Below are positions 18,202 through 28,673 of a stretch of DNA of 64,000 nt, piece after piece. The DNA is from Candidatus Iainarchaeum sp. (GTDB lineage: Archaea > Micrarchaeota > Micrarchaeia > Anstonellales > Bilamarchaeaceae). Below the pieces are notes generated by a model, which saw only the letters and a program-made list of their open reading frames with translations, was not told where the DNA came from and did not search any database. The DNA is taken from the NCBI GenBank assembly GCA_028714535.1, contig JAQTME010000004.1, forward strand, positions 7,319 through 71,318, given 5' to 3'. The number at the start of each line of letters is the position of its first letter. Within the stretch, counting starts at the first letter, position 1. The position numbers and the translations under genes were made by a program.

Positions 18202-20853
18202 ATGGAATGGCATGCGGTCCCGCAGGAAAGCGCCATGAAGCGCCTGGGCGCCGCAGAGGGCGGGCTTAGCGCCGAAGAGGCGGCGAAGCGGCTGGGGGAG
18301 CACGGCCCGAACAGCATAGCGATAGAGCGGAAAATCTCCGCGCTGCACATCTTCGTCAGCCAGTTCAAGAACCTCCTCATAGTGCTCCTGCTGCTCGCCG
18401 CGCTCGTCTCGCTCGGGCTCAGCTTCATCAACCCGGAGGAGGCCGAGCTGCTGGACGCGCTGCTGATTTTCGCCATAGTCATCGCCAACGCGGTGCTTGG
18501 CTTCGCGCAGGAATACAAGGCCGAGAAGTCCATAGAGGCGCTCACCAGGATGGCGGCGCCGCTGGCATCGGTCATGCGCGGCGGCAGGGAAGTCGAAATC
18601 CGTTCCGAGGATGTCGTGCCAGGCGACATCCTGCTCCTGCTCGAGGGCGACAAGGTCGCCGCCGACGCAAGGCTCATCGAATGCTTCTCCATATACGCGG
18701 ACGAGTCCATGCTCACCGGCGAGAGCGTGCCGGCGCACAAGTCCCCGGGAGTGCTTCCGAAGGAAACGCCGCTGGCAGAAAGGGACAACATGGTGTACAT
18801 GAACTCGGTGATAACCCGCGGCAAGGGCACGGCCGTCGTTGTCCACACCGGGCTGAAGACCGAGATGGGGAAGATAGCCAAGGAGATATCCGAGGCGCCC
18901 GAGAAGGTCACGCAGTTCCAGCTGGAGATAGGGGACATAAGCAAGAAGGTGTCGATACTGGTCGTCGTCATGCTGGTGATAATCTCCGTCACAGAATTCC
19001 TCATGCGCACCGGCGACCTGCTCTTCATATTCATGGCCGCAGTGGCCCTTGGCGTCGCCGCAATCCCGGAAGGCCTTCCGGCGGTCGTCACCCTCGCGCT
19101 CTCCATAGCGACCAACCGCATGCTCAGGCAGAACGCGCTCATGAGGCGGCTCTCCACCATACAGGACCTGGGCTCGGTCAACGTCATCTGCACTGACAAG
19201 ACAGGCACCCTGACCGAGAACGTGATGACCGTCACGAAGATGTGCTTCGACGGCAGGCACGTGGAGGTCGGCGGCCGGGGCCTGGACCTGCACGGCAGCT
19301 TCGTCCCGCAGCCCGAGCGCAACGAGTTCGAGATGCTCCTGCTCTGCGGCGTGCTCTGCAACGACGCGCGGCAGGTGGAAACGGACGGGGCCATGAAATT
19401 CAAGGGCGACCCGACCGAGATCGCGGTCCTCATCCCGGCATACAAGGCAGGCCTTGACGTGGACGGCCTGCGCAGGCGATGGAAGCGCGTGGGCGAGGTT
19501 CCGTTCTCATCGGAGCGCAAGCTCATGTCCACTGCGAACAGCGACGGCAGGCGCACATACACATTCGTGAAGGGCGCGCCGGAGGTGCTCCTCTCGCGCT
19601 GCACCCACATCAACGAGCGCGGCACGCCCAGGGAGATGACCGGGAAGGACAGGAAGGAGGTGCTGGAGCACAACCGCGCGCTCGCATCGCACGCCCTGCG
19701 CGTCCTCGGCTTCGCGTACAAGGAAAGCCCCGCGTCCATGGACGAAACGGAAATGGAGAACGGGCTGGTCTTCCTCGGCCTGATGGGCATGAAGGACCCG
19801 CCCAGGGCTGGCGTGAAAGAAGCCGTAGAAGACTGCAGGAAGGCCGGCATACGCGTGATTATGATAACCGGCGACAACCGCTACACCGCCGAGGCCGTGG
19901 GCCGCGAGCTGGGCTTCTCCGGCGCCGCGGTGACCGGCGACGAACTGGACAAACTGTCGGAGGCGCAGTTCGCCAAGGCCGTGGAAAAAACGGACATCTA
20001 CGCGCGCACGTCCCCGAAGCACAAGGTCCAGCTGCTCAGGGCCCTGCAGGCCAACGGCCACATAGTGTGCATGACAGGCGACGGCGTCAACGACGCCGCG
20101 GCCATAAAGAACTCCGACGTCGGAATCGCCATGGGCATACGCGGAACCGAGGTCACCAAGCAGGCCAGCGACATAATCGTGCTGGACGACAACTTCATCA
20201 CCATCCGCAACGCCATAGCAGAGGGCCGGGGCACGTTCGACAACATCCGCAAGTTCGTGGCATACATGCTCGGCGCGAACATATCAGAGGTGCTCATAGT
20301 GTTCATCGCGACAGTGGCCGCGCTCGGCATATCGCCGAAAATCGCCATACAGCTGTTGTGGATAAACCTCGTGACCGACGGCGTCCCAGCGGTCGCCATG
20401 GGCGTGGACCCGCCGGCGAAGGGCATCATGCAGCGGCCGCCCAGGAAAAAGGGCGAGCGCATGGCTGACACGGACACGATGTACTTCCTGGGCTCCATCG
20501 GATTTGCGGCCACGGTTGCGCTCCTGCTGCTCTACGCCTTCTACATGGGCGCCGAGGGCGCGATGAAGGCCTATTCCATACTGTTCACGTCGTTCGTGGT
20601 CCTGGAGATGCTCACTGTATACGCGGTCCGCTGGAGGTACGGCACGGACATCCTCTCCAACATCTGGCTCCACGCCGCGGTCGCCTCGTCGCTCATCCTC
20701 CAGCTCGCGCTGCTCTATACCCCGCTCAACTCGCTTTTCGGCATAGTGCCGCTCTCGCTGCAGGACTGGGCCGGCATAACAGCCGCCATGGCGGGCTACC
20801 TCGCGCTCGTGGCTGCCGCGCTCAGGCTGGAGCCGCTGGTAATAAGGAAATAA
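18202..20853 (+). CDS. Cation-transporting P-type ATPase (Ca2+-like, type II)
   Basis: TGES, IPEGL, DKTGT, KGAPE, TGDGVND, LWINLVTD. Confidence 0.93.
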   Translation: MEWHAVPQESAMKRLGAAEGGLSAEEAAKRLGEHGPNSIAIERKISALHIFVSQFKNLLIVLLLLAALVSLGLSFINPEEAELLDALLIFAIVIANAVLGFAQEYKAEKSIEALTRMAAPLASVMRGGREVEIRSEDVVPGDILLLLEGDKVAADARLIECFSIYADESMLTGESVPAHKSPGVLPKETPLAERDNMVYMNSVITRGKGTAVVVHTGLKTEMGKIAKEISEAPEKVTQFQLEIGDISKKVSILVVVMLVIISVTEFLMRTGDLLFIFMAAVALGVAAIPEGLPAVVTLALSIATNRMLRQNALMRRLSTIQDLGSVNVICTDKTGTLTENVMTVTKMCFDGRHVEVGGRGLDLHGSFVPQPERNEFEMLLLCGVLCNDARQVETDGAMKFKGDPTEIAVLIPAYKAGLDVDGLRRRWKRVGEVPFSSERKLMSTANSDGRRTYTFVKGAPEVLLSRCTHINERGTPREMTGKDRKEVLEHNRALASHALRVLGFAYKESPASMDETEMENGLVFLGLMGMKDPPRAGVKEAVEDCRKAGIRVIMITGDNRYTAEAVGRELGFSGAAVTGDELDKLSEAQFAKAVEKTDIYARTSPKHKVQLLRALQANGHIVCMTGDGVNDAAAIKNSDVGIAMGIRGTEVTKQASDIIVLDDNFITIRNAIAEGRGTFDNIRKFVAYMLGANISEVLIVFIATVAALGISPKIAIQLLWINLVTDGVPAVAMGVDPPAKGIMQRPPRKKGERMADTDTMYFLGSIGFAATVALLLLYAFYMGAEGAMKAYSILFTSFVVLEMLTVYAVRWRYGTDILSNIWLHAAVASSLILQLALLYTPLNSLFGIVPLSLQDWAGITAAMAGYLALVAAALRLEPLVIRK

Positions 20854-20894
20854 CGCGCCGGAATCGCAGCAAGGCTTAAAAAACTCAGGGGCGT

Positions 20895-21674
20895 ATGGTT
20901 GCCATGCGCCGACAACCTCCAAAACGCAAAGCCAAGCAGCCGCGCCGGAAGCCGCCGAAGCCCGAAGCGAACCGGCAAACCGAGCGGGTGTCGACCGGCA
21001 TCCCGGGCCTCGACGCGCTCATAGAGGGCGGGTTCGTGAGGAACAGCACGGTCCTGGTGCGCGGCGACACGGGGACCGCGAAGACGCTTTTCTGCATCCA
21101 GTACCTCTACGAGGGCGCCCTGGCAGGCGAGCCGGGCGTGTTCATAAGCTTCGCGGAATCCCGCGAGGCCATATACGAGCATGGCAGGAAATTCGGCTGG
21201 GACCTGGACGCCCTGGCGAGGAAGGGCCTGTTCGAGGTCATACGCTACGACCCGCACGAAGTCGTCAAGATAATGCAGGAGGGCGGCGGCCTCATTAGGG
21301 ACACCATCGAGTCGAAGGCGGCTAAGCGGCTGGCCATAGACTCGCTGAGCGCCTACGAGCTGTTTTTCGAGAACAAGTACAAGTCCAACCAGTCCGTCCT
21401 GAGCCTTTTCGAGCTGCTGAAGAAATGGAATGTCACGGCCATGGTGACGTCGGAGATGCCAGTGAGCCTGACAAACGAGACAAGGGACCGGCTCGGCTTC
21501 CTGACCGAGGGCATACTGAACCTCTACCACCTGAGGAGCCACGCAGAACGCCTCCGCGCCCTGGAGATACTCAAGATGAGGGACACCAACCACAATGAGG
21601 GGCTGTACCATTTCACGATTGAAAAAACAGGCCTGAGGGTGCGCGGGAGGCTGAGCGGCTTTGGCAGGGAGTAG
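20895..21674 (+). CDS. KaiC/RAD55-like RecA-superfamily ATPase
   Basis: STGIPGLD, GDTGTAKT Walker A, AIDS Walker B, LEILKMRDT. Confidence 0.88.
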   Translation: MVAMRRQPPKRKAKQPRRKPPKPEANRQTERVSTGIPGLDALIEGGFVRNSTVLVRGDTGTAKTLFCIQYLYEGALAGEPGVFISFAESREAIYEHGRKFGWDLDALARKGLFEVIRYDPHEVVKIMQEGGGLIRDTIESKAAKRLAIDSLSAYELFFENKYKSNQSVLSLFELLKKWNVTAMVTSEMPVSLTNETRDRLGFLTEGILNLYHLRSHAERLRALEILKMRDTNHNEGLYHFTIEKTGLRVRGRLSGFGRE

Positions 21675-23904
21675 GGCGGCCCAGGCGAGCACAGAGTTCA
21701 TCTTCATCCTAGCGATATCGATGGTCGTCATAACCATAATCATGGTCCTGGCGCAGCAGCAGATAACCACAGTGCAGAAGCAGAAGGACTCAGCAGACGC
21801 GCAGAACGCGGTCCTGGACCTGAGCGCGGCGGCCAAGGAGGTCTATGCCCAGGGCGAGGGGTCAAGGAAGCAGGTGTTCATACGGCTGCCGGGCAGCTAC
21901 GAGCCGGGCGGCTCGTCCATAGGCGCCCGGTCCATACAGATACGGGCGGCCGGCACGGATTACGTGGCAGTGGAGAACTTCAACCTGCGCGGCTACCTGC
22001 CCGCCACCTCCGGAGGCCACTGGGTGTGGGTCACGTCCGAGGGCAGCAGGGTGCGCATAGGGCTCGCGATGATGGAACTCGACAGGAACCGCATATACCT
22101 GGTCATGAACAGGAACACCACTGCGACGGCGCCGTTCTCAGTGACCAACGCGTGGATACGCAGCATAAACGTTACGACCGCGGTGCGGTGGGATGCAACC
22201 GACGTCACAATGGACGGCGTGCCGTCCGGGTTCCAGCTCAACGTCGACAGCAGCAATATGATAACCGCGCATTTCACCGCAGGCGCAGATGCCGGCGGCA
22301 TCTACATGGGCGAGATAGAGCTGAATGCGAGCGACGGCCAGGGGGCAACCGAAAGCGCCGAAGTGCCGGTGACCGTCTACGTCGTCGGCTACACTGCGCC
22401 TGAAAAGGACCTCCTGGGCCCGGTGATAACGGCCATCTACCAGGACCCCGCTCCAGCCATAGTATACGAGCCTCTGGCGATAATACTGACCGCGACAGAC
22501 GAGCAGGCCGGCAACAACAGCATCAGGGACTGCGAGATGGACGCAGACCAGGCCGGAAACTGGCAGGTGATACTGCCCGTGGACGGCGCCTACGATCAGC
22601 CCACCGAAACCGCCATGCACAATTACACGGCCGGGTTCTCCTGGGGCGTGCACAGCATCCGGGCGCGGTGCACCGACGTCATGAACAACACCGGGCCGAC
22701 GGCATTCTATTACTTCAACGTGACCCAGTCAGACATGCTCGGGCCTATCGTGACGAACCTGACGCACACCGAATATCCGACGACCCTGTCTAACATCACC
22801 GCGAGCGCCATAGCGACGGACGTATACACGGGCGGCAGCAACATCGCGAGCTGCCAGGTGAAGGTCGATACCGGCGCATGGCACAACGCCACCCCTATGG
22901 ACGGGCTGTACGACTCCCCTTCGGAGAACGTCAGCTATAACGCAGGCCAGCTGGCGCCCGGCTACCATACCATATACTGGCAGTGCGTGGACGTCCTGGG
23001 CAACGCCGGCGGCACCTACAACGACAGCTTCGGCGTCGTGGACGTGGACCTCATGCTCGTCCTGGACCAGTCCTACTCCATGGACGCGTTCGTGACCAGC
23101 TCGTCGAGCTCCACGGTCGTCGAGACGACCAACACCGGGTTCACGCGCCTGAAGAACATAACGATACCGGCCAAGAACGGCAACCTGGCCAACCTCTCCA
23201 CCGAGATAAAGGCAGACGTCAGCGGGTGCACGGCCTACTACGAGGCGAGGATAAACGGCGTGGTGGTGGCAAGCGGCAACCGCACGTCCACCAGCTACGG
23301 CACCATCGCCGCCAGCATAAACGTATCGCAGTTCACTGCGCCGTTCGACGTCGCGCTCTACATGAAGCGCAGCCCGACCGCGAACTGCAAGGTCAGCAAC
23401 CAGCTGCTCTCGCTCCAGCAGGCGCCCAAGAAGATAACCGCCTCGCAGGATGCGGCAAAGACGTTCCTCAACGCCATAGACTCGTCCAACCAGGCCGGGC
23501 TGGTCACCTTCAGCGCCTCTGCGACCCTGAGCAAGCAGCTCGCCGCGATGACCGAGGCGAACAAGACGGCGCTCAAGGCCGCGATAGACGTGGTAAGCTA
23601 CGGCTTCAGCACCTGCCTGGAGTGCGGGCTGAAGACAGGCGCGGACGAGCTGACGTCCGCCAGGGGCAGGCCCGCAGCCACCAGGGTCATCGTGATGCTC
23701 ACGGACGGAATGAGCAACTCCGGCGACCCGGTCGCCGGCGCGGTCTACTGCAGGGACCGCGACGTGACCGTCTACACGATCGGGTTCGGCAACGACGTGA
23801 ACGACACCGAGCTGACCAACATCGCCCTGCTCACCCACGGCGAATACTACTTCGCGCCGAATGCGGAGACGCTCATGGACATATTCATGAACATAGGCAA
23901 GTGA
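21661..23904 (+). CDS. Large pilin-like adhesin with class III signal peptide and C-terminal VWA domain
   Basis: AAQ-ASTEF plus hydrophobic helix; two Ig-like repeats (GP.IT..., P.DG.YD.P.E); VLDQSYSM MIDAS, LTDG, VYTIGFG. Confidence 0.85.
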   Translation: MAGSRAAQASTEFIFILAISMVVITIIMVLAQQQITTVQKQKDSADAQNAVLDLSAAAKEVYAQGEGSRKQVFIRLPGSYEPGGSSIGARSIQIRAAGTDYVAVENFNLRGYLPATSGGHWVWVTSEGSRVRIGLAMMELDRNRIYLVMNRNTTATAPFSVTNAWIRSINVTTAVRWDATDVTMDGVPSGFQLNVDSSNMITAHFTAGADAGGIYMGEIELNASDGQGATESAEVPVTVYVVGYTAPEKDLLGPVITAIYQDPAPAIVYEPLAIILTATDEQAGNNSIRDCEMDADQAGNWQVILPVDGAYDQPTETAMHNYTAGFSWGVHSIRARCTDVMNNTGPTAFYYFNVTQSDMLGPIVTNLTHTEYPTTLSNITASAIATDVYTGGSNIASCQVKVDTGAWHNATPMDGLYDSPSENVSYNAGQLAPGYHTIYWQCVDVLGNAGGTYNDSFGVVDVDLMLVLDQSYSMDAFVTSSSSSTVVETTNTGFTRLKNITIPAKNGNLANLSTEIKADVSGCTAYYEARINGVVVASGNRTSTSYGTIAASINVSQFTAPFDVALYMKRSPTANCKVSNQLLSLQQAPKKITASQDAAKTFLNAIDSSNQAGLVTFSASATLSKQLAAMTEANKTALKAAIDVVSYGFSTCLECGLKTGADELTSARGRPAATRVIVMLTDGMSNSGDPVAGAVYCRDRDVTVYTIGFGNDVNDTELTNIALLTHGEYYFAPNAETLMDIFMNIGK

Positions 23905-23909
23905 GCGCC

Positions 23910-24293
23910 ATGAAAGCCCAGATCTCATCCGAATTCATGGTCGTATTCTCGGCCCTGGTCCTGATATTCGTGGTCGTGTTCACCCTGTACTCGGGCGGCA
24001 GCCTCAACCTCTTCCAGGCAGAGGGCTCTGTCGCGGCCATGCGCAACGCGAACGCGGTCGCGGCCGCGCTGAACTACGCCTACCTGGCAGGCGACGGCGC
24101 CAGCTACTCGTTCACGCCCGCGAGGGTGGCGAGCGACGAGAACATAACCATATCCGACTACGCCGTCTCGTCGGAGCGGCCGCACGCCTATGCCGCGGCG
24201 CCGCTGCTCGACGGCAGCATAAACGCCAGCTCGATAGGCCGTGGGCCTGTGCTCATAACCAACAACGGAGGGGAACTCGATATCAGCGGCTGA
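23910..24293 (+). CDS. Minor pilin (class III signal peptide)
   Basis: MKAQISSEF followed by hydrophobic stretch; true start lies inside the longer tracked ORF. Confidence 0.8.
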   Translation: MKAQISSEFMVVFSALVLIFVVVFTLYSGGSLNLFQAEGSVAAMRNANAVAAALNYAYLAGDGASYSFTPARVASDENITISDYAVSSERPHAYAAAPLLDGSINASSIGRGPVLITNNGGELDISG

Positions 24294-24312
24294 CCCAGGC
24301 AGAAGAGGAGCC

Positions 24313-24867
24313 TTGGCGACTGATGCGGGATGCCGCACAAAGCGGCAGGGCCCCGCATCCCGATTCCACAAGGGCCAGGTCTGGTCGCTGGATTTCACCA
24401 TGGGCCTGCTGGCGCTGCTGTTCGTGCTGGCGCTCTTCATGCTCCTGTGGAACAGCATCGCGATGAGGTGGAACTCCGCGGGGAGCCAGGCCTCGATGGA
24501 GGCGAGCGCGTTCTTCGCCTCGGAATCCCTGCTGGCCACGCCCGGCGAGCCAGAGGGCTGGGAGATGCTCCCGCACATAGACGCCAACGTGAGCGCGCTC
24601 GGCCTCGTCAACGGCCGCAACGAGCTGAACAGGATGAAGCTCGACAAGCTCGTGGCAGAGAATGCGACCGCCTATTCCACGATAAAGGCGCGGCTCGGGC
24701 TGCAGCGCTACGAGCTCGGCATGCGCATCACGGACCTTTCCGACAACGTGATATACTACGAGTTCGGCAAGTTCAGCGGCACGCTGAACAACTCGCTGAA
24801 GTTCGAGCGCTTCGGCATACTGGACGGCGCGCCGGTGCTGGTGCACATGGAGGTGTGGGGCGGATGA
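24313..24867 (+). CDS. Minor pilin-like protein
   Basis: KGQVWSLDF plus hydrophobic helix; TPG.P.GWE motif; start uncertain. Confidence 0.75.
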   Translation: MATDAGCRTKRQGPASRFHKGQVWSLDFTMGLLALLFVLALFMLLWNSIAMRWNSAGSQASMEASAFFASESLLATPGEPEGWEMLPHIDANVSALGLVNGRNELNRMKLDKLVAENATAYSTIKARLGLQRYELGMRITDLSDNVIYYEFGKFSGTLNNSLKFERFGILDGAPVLVHMEVWGG

Positions 24868-25271
24868 GGGGGTTCGCAATCACGCTGGACGCGGTCATAG
24901 CGCTGTCGTTCTTCCTGTTCGCGATGCTGCTGATGTCGGGCCAGACATACCAGCCCATGGCCCCGGGCAGCATCTACCTGAAGCAGCTGACCCTGGACAC
25001 GCTGGCCGTGCTGGAGAAGACCGGCAGGCTCGGCCGGGCGCTTGACGGCAACAACAGCGGGGTGGAGGAGGTGCTCGAGGCGACGCCGAAGCTGGCGTGC
25101 ATCCAGCTCTCCATACTGGACAGCGAAGGGAACCCCGCCGCCGTGCTCGCCAAAAACGACTGCAACGAGACAGGCGGCCTGGACATGCAGGTCGTATCGA
25201 GGCCGGTGCTGCACAACGGCATCATGTACGTCGTGAGGTCAGAGTCCTGGCTCAGGAAGGAGCCGGAGTGA
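24864..25271 (+). CDS. Minor pilin-like protein
   Basis: MRGFAITLDAVIAL class III signal; GGAGGTG SD; ATGA overlap with upstream gene. Confidence 0.8.
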   Translation: MRGFAITLDAVIALSFFLFAMLLMSGQTYQPMAPGSIYLKQLTLDTLAVLEKTGRLGRALDGNNSGVEEVLEATPKLACIQLSILDSEGNPAAVLAKNDCNETGGLDMQVVSRPVLHNGIMYVVRSESWLRKEPE

Positions 25272-25281
25272 AAATCATGCA

Positions 25282-25429
25282 CAGGAGGAAAATTTCAGCC
25301 GCTGGTTTGTCTAGGTTCAGCCTAATGAAGTTTTATGATGGCAAGGAGCGCAGCGCGCTCCTTGACTGTCGTGGAATGCATGGCATTCCACTCCAAATTT
25401 TATCAGAAGTAACCAGGAGGAAAATTTCA
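25282..25429. mobile_element. 132-bp hairpin-rich insert bounded by a 16-bp direct repeat (MITE-like)
   Basis: CAGGAGGAAAATTTCA at 25282-25297 and 25414-25429; internal stems CAAGGAGCGC/GCGCTCCTTG and GTGGAATGC/GCATTCCAC. Confidence 0.6.
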
Positions 25430-26259
25430 TGCGTGGATTCGTGATAACCCTGCTGTCGGTGAGCCTCATACTGGTGCTCGTGGTGCTCACCATGTCGCTG
25501 CGCAGCGCGCACCTGGGCACCGAAAGGGCGCTGCTGGAGCCGCTGCCGCTGCTATACGCGGCGTTCCTGCTGGACGACGCGGCCTACGAGTTCAACTCCA
25601 TCGTCGGCCCTTCCATGTCGTTCAGCCAGGGGAACGGCAGCATGAACGTCACCGTCGCGGACACGCTGCACGCGGCCAACCATTCCGCCGCGGTCCTGGC
25701 CTACGGCACGTTCCTCGAAAGCGAGGTCGCCGGCAGGACCTCCAGCAACATAACCACGAACCTGAGCAACATAAGCGGCGGGGCCATGAGGGTCTTCATA
25801 AACGAGGATTACGTGTATCTGAACAACCACAGCAGCGGCGAGGTGCTATTCACCCGGGCCGGCGGCACCAACGCCACGTCGTACGAAATCAACTTCACCG
25901 TATACAGCATCAGGCAGAACATCACGCATATGGATTTCAACTCCAGCGGCACGCTCAACGTCACCATACGCTACACGGACCTGAACGGCACCGGCACAGA
26001 GCAGGGCAGCGTGTTCCCGGGCCAGGCCAACCAGTTCGTCGTCGGATACCCCAACGGGACCAGCATGGCCGTGACCGTCGGGCTGGCCGGGGGCGAGCCG
26101 GGCTCGCTCAGGATGGAGGGGGGCGGCGCATACGCTGATTTCGCATGGACGGCCGCCCTGCCGCGGCTCGACCCGTCGAAAAGGCGCGGCTACGCGTACG
26201 ACGCCACCATCGAATACGTGCAGGGGGCCGTGGCGAAGCGCACGCGGTTCGGCAAATAG
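25429..26259 (+). CDS. Pilin-like/pilus accessory glycoprotein
   Basis: MRGFVITLL class III-like signal; many sequons; AGGAGG SD. Confidence 0.75.
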   Translation: MRGFVITLLSVSLILVLVVLTMSLRSAHLGTERALLEPLPLLYAAFLLDDAAYEFNSIVGPSMSFSQGNGSMNVTVADTLHAANHSAAVLAYGTFLESEVAGRTSSNITTNLSNISGGAMRVFINEDYVYLNNHSSGEVLFTRAGGTNATSYEINFTVYSIRQNITHMDFNSSGTLNVTIRYTDLNGTGTEQGSVFPGQANQFVVGYPNGTSMAVTVGLAGGEPGSLRMEGGGAYADFAWTAALPRLDPSKRRGYAYDATIEYVQGAVAKRTRFGK

Positions 26260-26274
26260 GCGGCTGCCGCGCGC

Positions 26275-26784
26275 CTAGGATTCGCCTGCCTTTTTCAGGA
26301 CATTGGCCAGCGTGTTCAGCCGCGCATCCTTTATCCCAACATACAACGGGTGCAGCAGGTAGAGGGTCGCGGCCGCTACGATTCCCCAGCCATAGCTCTC
26401 TGGTATGGCAGGGGCAACGTTCAATCCCATGATGGACGCATCGTACAATGCCATGGTGAGCAATACGCCAGCCCCCGCCAGGACGGACGCGAACGCATGT
26501 GCAATCATGGCCTTGTGCATCTTATTTACTGTGGAAATGGCTTTTTGCAGCAGGCCCTGCTCTTGACCGAACTGCTCCTTCACGTGCTCCATCTTTTTGC
26601 GCATGATGTTTTCCAGGATGCCGCTGCCAAGGGTCCCGAAGGGCTTCTTCCCGCTGCGCCTGAGCGCGATGGCGATATCCATTGCATCCACGAGCGGCTG
26701 CCCCGCCTTCGTGCTCCAATCTTTTCTGCCCGTATCGACTTTGCCTAGAACCTGCCCGACTACGCGCCTCGTCATGAATCCCAT
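26275..26784 (-). CDS. Orphan membrane protein (two TM helices)
   Basis: Own TATA-like element near 26820-26830 and GGGGA SD; two hydrophobic segments. Confidence 0.65.
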   Translation of the reverse strand: MGFMTRRVVGQVLGKVDTGRKDWSTKAGQPLVDAMDIAIALRRSGKKPFGTLGSGILENIMRKKMEHVKEQFGQEQGLLQKAISTVNKMHKAMIAHAFASVLAGAGVLLTMALYDASIMGLNVAPAIPESYGWGIVAAATLYLLHPLYVGIKDARLNTLANVLKKAGES

Positions 26785-26933
26785 GTTATCATCCCCTGGC
26801 AGTTCTGTGTGTGATAATGTTTATAAGTATATGCAACTGTGACTGCTGCGCGGGCGCCCCAGCCGCATAATCCCTGCGTTTGCGCACCAGCGGCTACAAT
26901 TAATTTTTAAACAACGCAGGAGATGGGTTTGAC

Positions 26934-28664
26934 ATGGCCATAGAAACGAAGATAGACGACATGGTCCGGTTCATCCAGCAGAAGGGGAAGGCGAACTTCA
27001 GGGACATCGCCAGGAACCTCTCATGGAGCGAGCAGGCAGTGGAGAAGGTCGCGCTCATACTGGAGAAGGCGGGCATGGCGAAGACGCACTATCCCCTGAA
27101 CATGGTGGAGCGCCCGTGGATGTCCATCATCGCGGTGCAGCCGGCCAAGGAGCGCGTGCAGGCGCCAGGGAAGCAGCTTGACGCCTACGGCATCGCGGTC
27201 AAGGGCCACGTGCTCGGCTCGGTCACCATAGTGGATTCCGAAGCCGAGAAGAGGCCGGTATATAATATACTGCTGCCCGAGGCCACCCCCTACACCCGCG
27301 CATACCTGGAGCACCTCAAGGAGGACGTCTCCAGGAAGCTGGCTGTGGCAGAAGAGGAGAAGGGGACCGAGGACGTGGATAAGAACTTCCTCATCAGGCA
27401 CGAGGCCATATCCGGGGCTATCGCCAAGGACCTGGGCCCGGACGACAAGACGCTGGACACGCTCACGGACATAACCCTGCACGAGATGTACGGCCTCGGC
27501 GAGCTGGAGGCTCTCATAGGCGACACGAACCTGGAGGAGATAGTCATAAACTCGGCCGCGGTGCCGGTCGCGGTCTACAGCAGGAAGCGCGGCTGGCTCA
27601 AGACCAACGTCACCATGGCCAGCGAGTCGGACATCGAGAACTACGCCCAGCAGATAGCGCGCAAGGTTGGCAGGCAGATAAGCACGCTCAACCCGGTGCT
27701 GGACGCGCACCTGGGGACCGGCGACCGCGTCAACGCGACGCTCTACCCGATATCGTCGCACGGCAACACCATCACGCTGCGCCTTTTCGCGCGCAACCCC
27801 TGGACCATAGTGAGCTTCATAAAGCCCGAGGTCAACGCGATGACGCCGGACATGGCCGCGCTGCTCTGGCAGGCCATGCAGTACGAGATGAACGTGCTGG
27901 TGGCCGGGGGCACGGCGAGCGGGAAGACGAGCGCGCTCAACGGCCTCGTCGCGCTGGTCCAGCCGTTCCAGAGGATACTCACCATAGAGGACACCCGCGA
28001 GCTCATGCTGCCGACCTACCAGTGGAACTGGATACCGATGATAACGAGGCTGCCCAACCCCGAGGGCCTGGGCGAGGTGACAATGCTCGACCTGCTCGTG
28101 AACGCGCTGAGGATGAGGCCGGACCGCATAGTCATGGGCGAGATACGGCGGAAGCGCGAGGCGGAGGTCCTGTTCGAGGCCATGCACACGGGCCACAGCG
28201 TATACTCCACCATGCACGCGGACACCGGCGCGCAGGTGCTCAAGCGGCTCGTCGAGCCGCCCATAGAGGTCCCGGCCGCCGAGGTCGAGGACCTCCACCT
28301 GGTCCTGGTGCAGTTCAGGGACAGGCGCAAGAACGTGCGGCGCACGCTCGAATTGTCCGAGGTCGTCTCCGGCGCGTCAGGGCCGGAGCTCAACCACCTC
28401 TACAGCTGGAAGGCGAGGAGCGACACGTTCCAGCTCCTCAGGCCGCCGCACCGCTACCTTGAGGAGCTCAACCTCCACACCGGGCTCACCGAGAGCGAGG
28501 CGCTGGAGGACCAGAAGGGCAAGGCAGCCATACTCACATGGATGGAAAAGAACAGGCTGGAGAACATAGAGGACGTGGGCAGGGTCATGAAGATATACTA
28601 CTCGGACCCGGACTCGATAACGCAGGCGGCGGAGAAGGGCACCGCGCCGTCAAAGGTGCTTTGA
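26934..28664 (+). CDS. Type IV pilus assembly ATPase (PilB/TadA/VirB11-like)
   Basis: GGTASGKT, IEDTRE, ALRMRPDRIVMGEIR, AMHTGH, STMHA. Confidence 0.93.
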   Translation: MAIETKIDDMVRFIQQKGKANFRDIARNLSWSEQAVEKVALILEKAGMAKTHYPLNMVERPWMSIIAVQPAKERVQAPGKQLDAYGIAVKGHVLGSVTIVDSEAEKRPVYNILLPEATPYTRAYLEHLKEDVSRKLAVAEEEKGTEDVDKNFLIRHEAISGAIAKDLGPDDKTLDTLTDITLHEMYGLGELEALIGDTNLEEIVINSAAVPVAVYSRKRGWLKTNVTMASESDIENYAQQIARKVGRQISTLNPVLDAHLGTGDRVNATLYPISSHGNTITLRLFARNPWTIVSFIKPEVNAMTPDMAALLWQAMQYEMNVLVAGGTASGKTSALNGLVALVQPFQRILTIEDTRELMLPTYQWNWIPMITRLPNPEGLGEVTMLDLLVNALRMRPDRIVMGEIRRKREAEVLFEAMHTGHSVYSTMHADTGAQVLKRLVEPPIEVPAAEVEDLHLVLVQFRDRRKNVRRTLELSEVVSGASGPELNHLYSWKARSDTFQLLRPPHRYLEELNLHTGLTESEALEDQKGKAAILTWMEKNRLENIEDVGRVMKIYYSDPDSITQAAEKGTAPSKVL

Positions 28665-28673
28665 GGTTTCGAA

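Noticed and set aside
17299-20468. Long antisense or off-frame ORFs (664, 602 and 329 aa) over the FKBP and P-type ATPase genes, and similar ones elsewhere
   Set aside because: Shadow ORFs expected from high third-position GC; Arg/Gly/His-rich and without motifs
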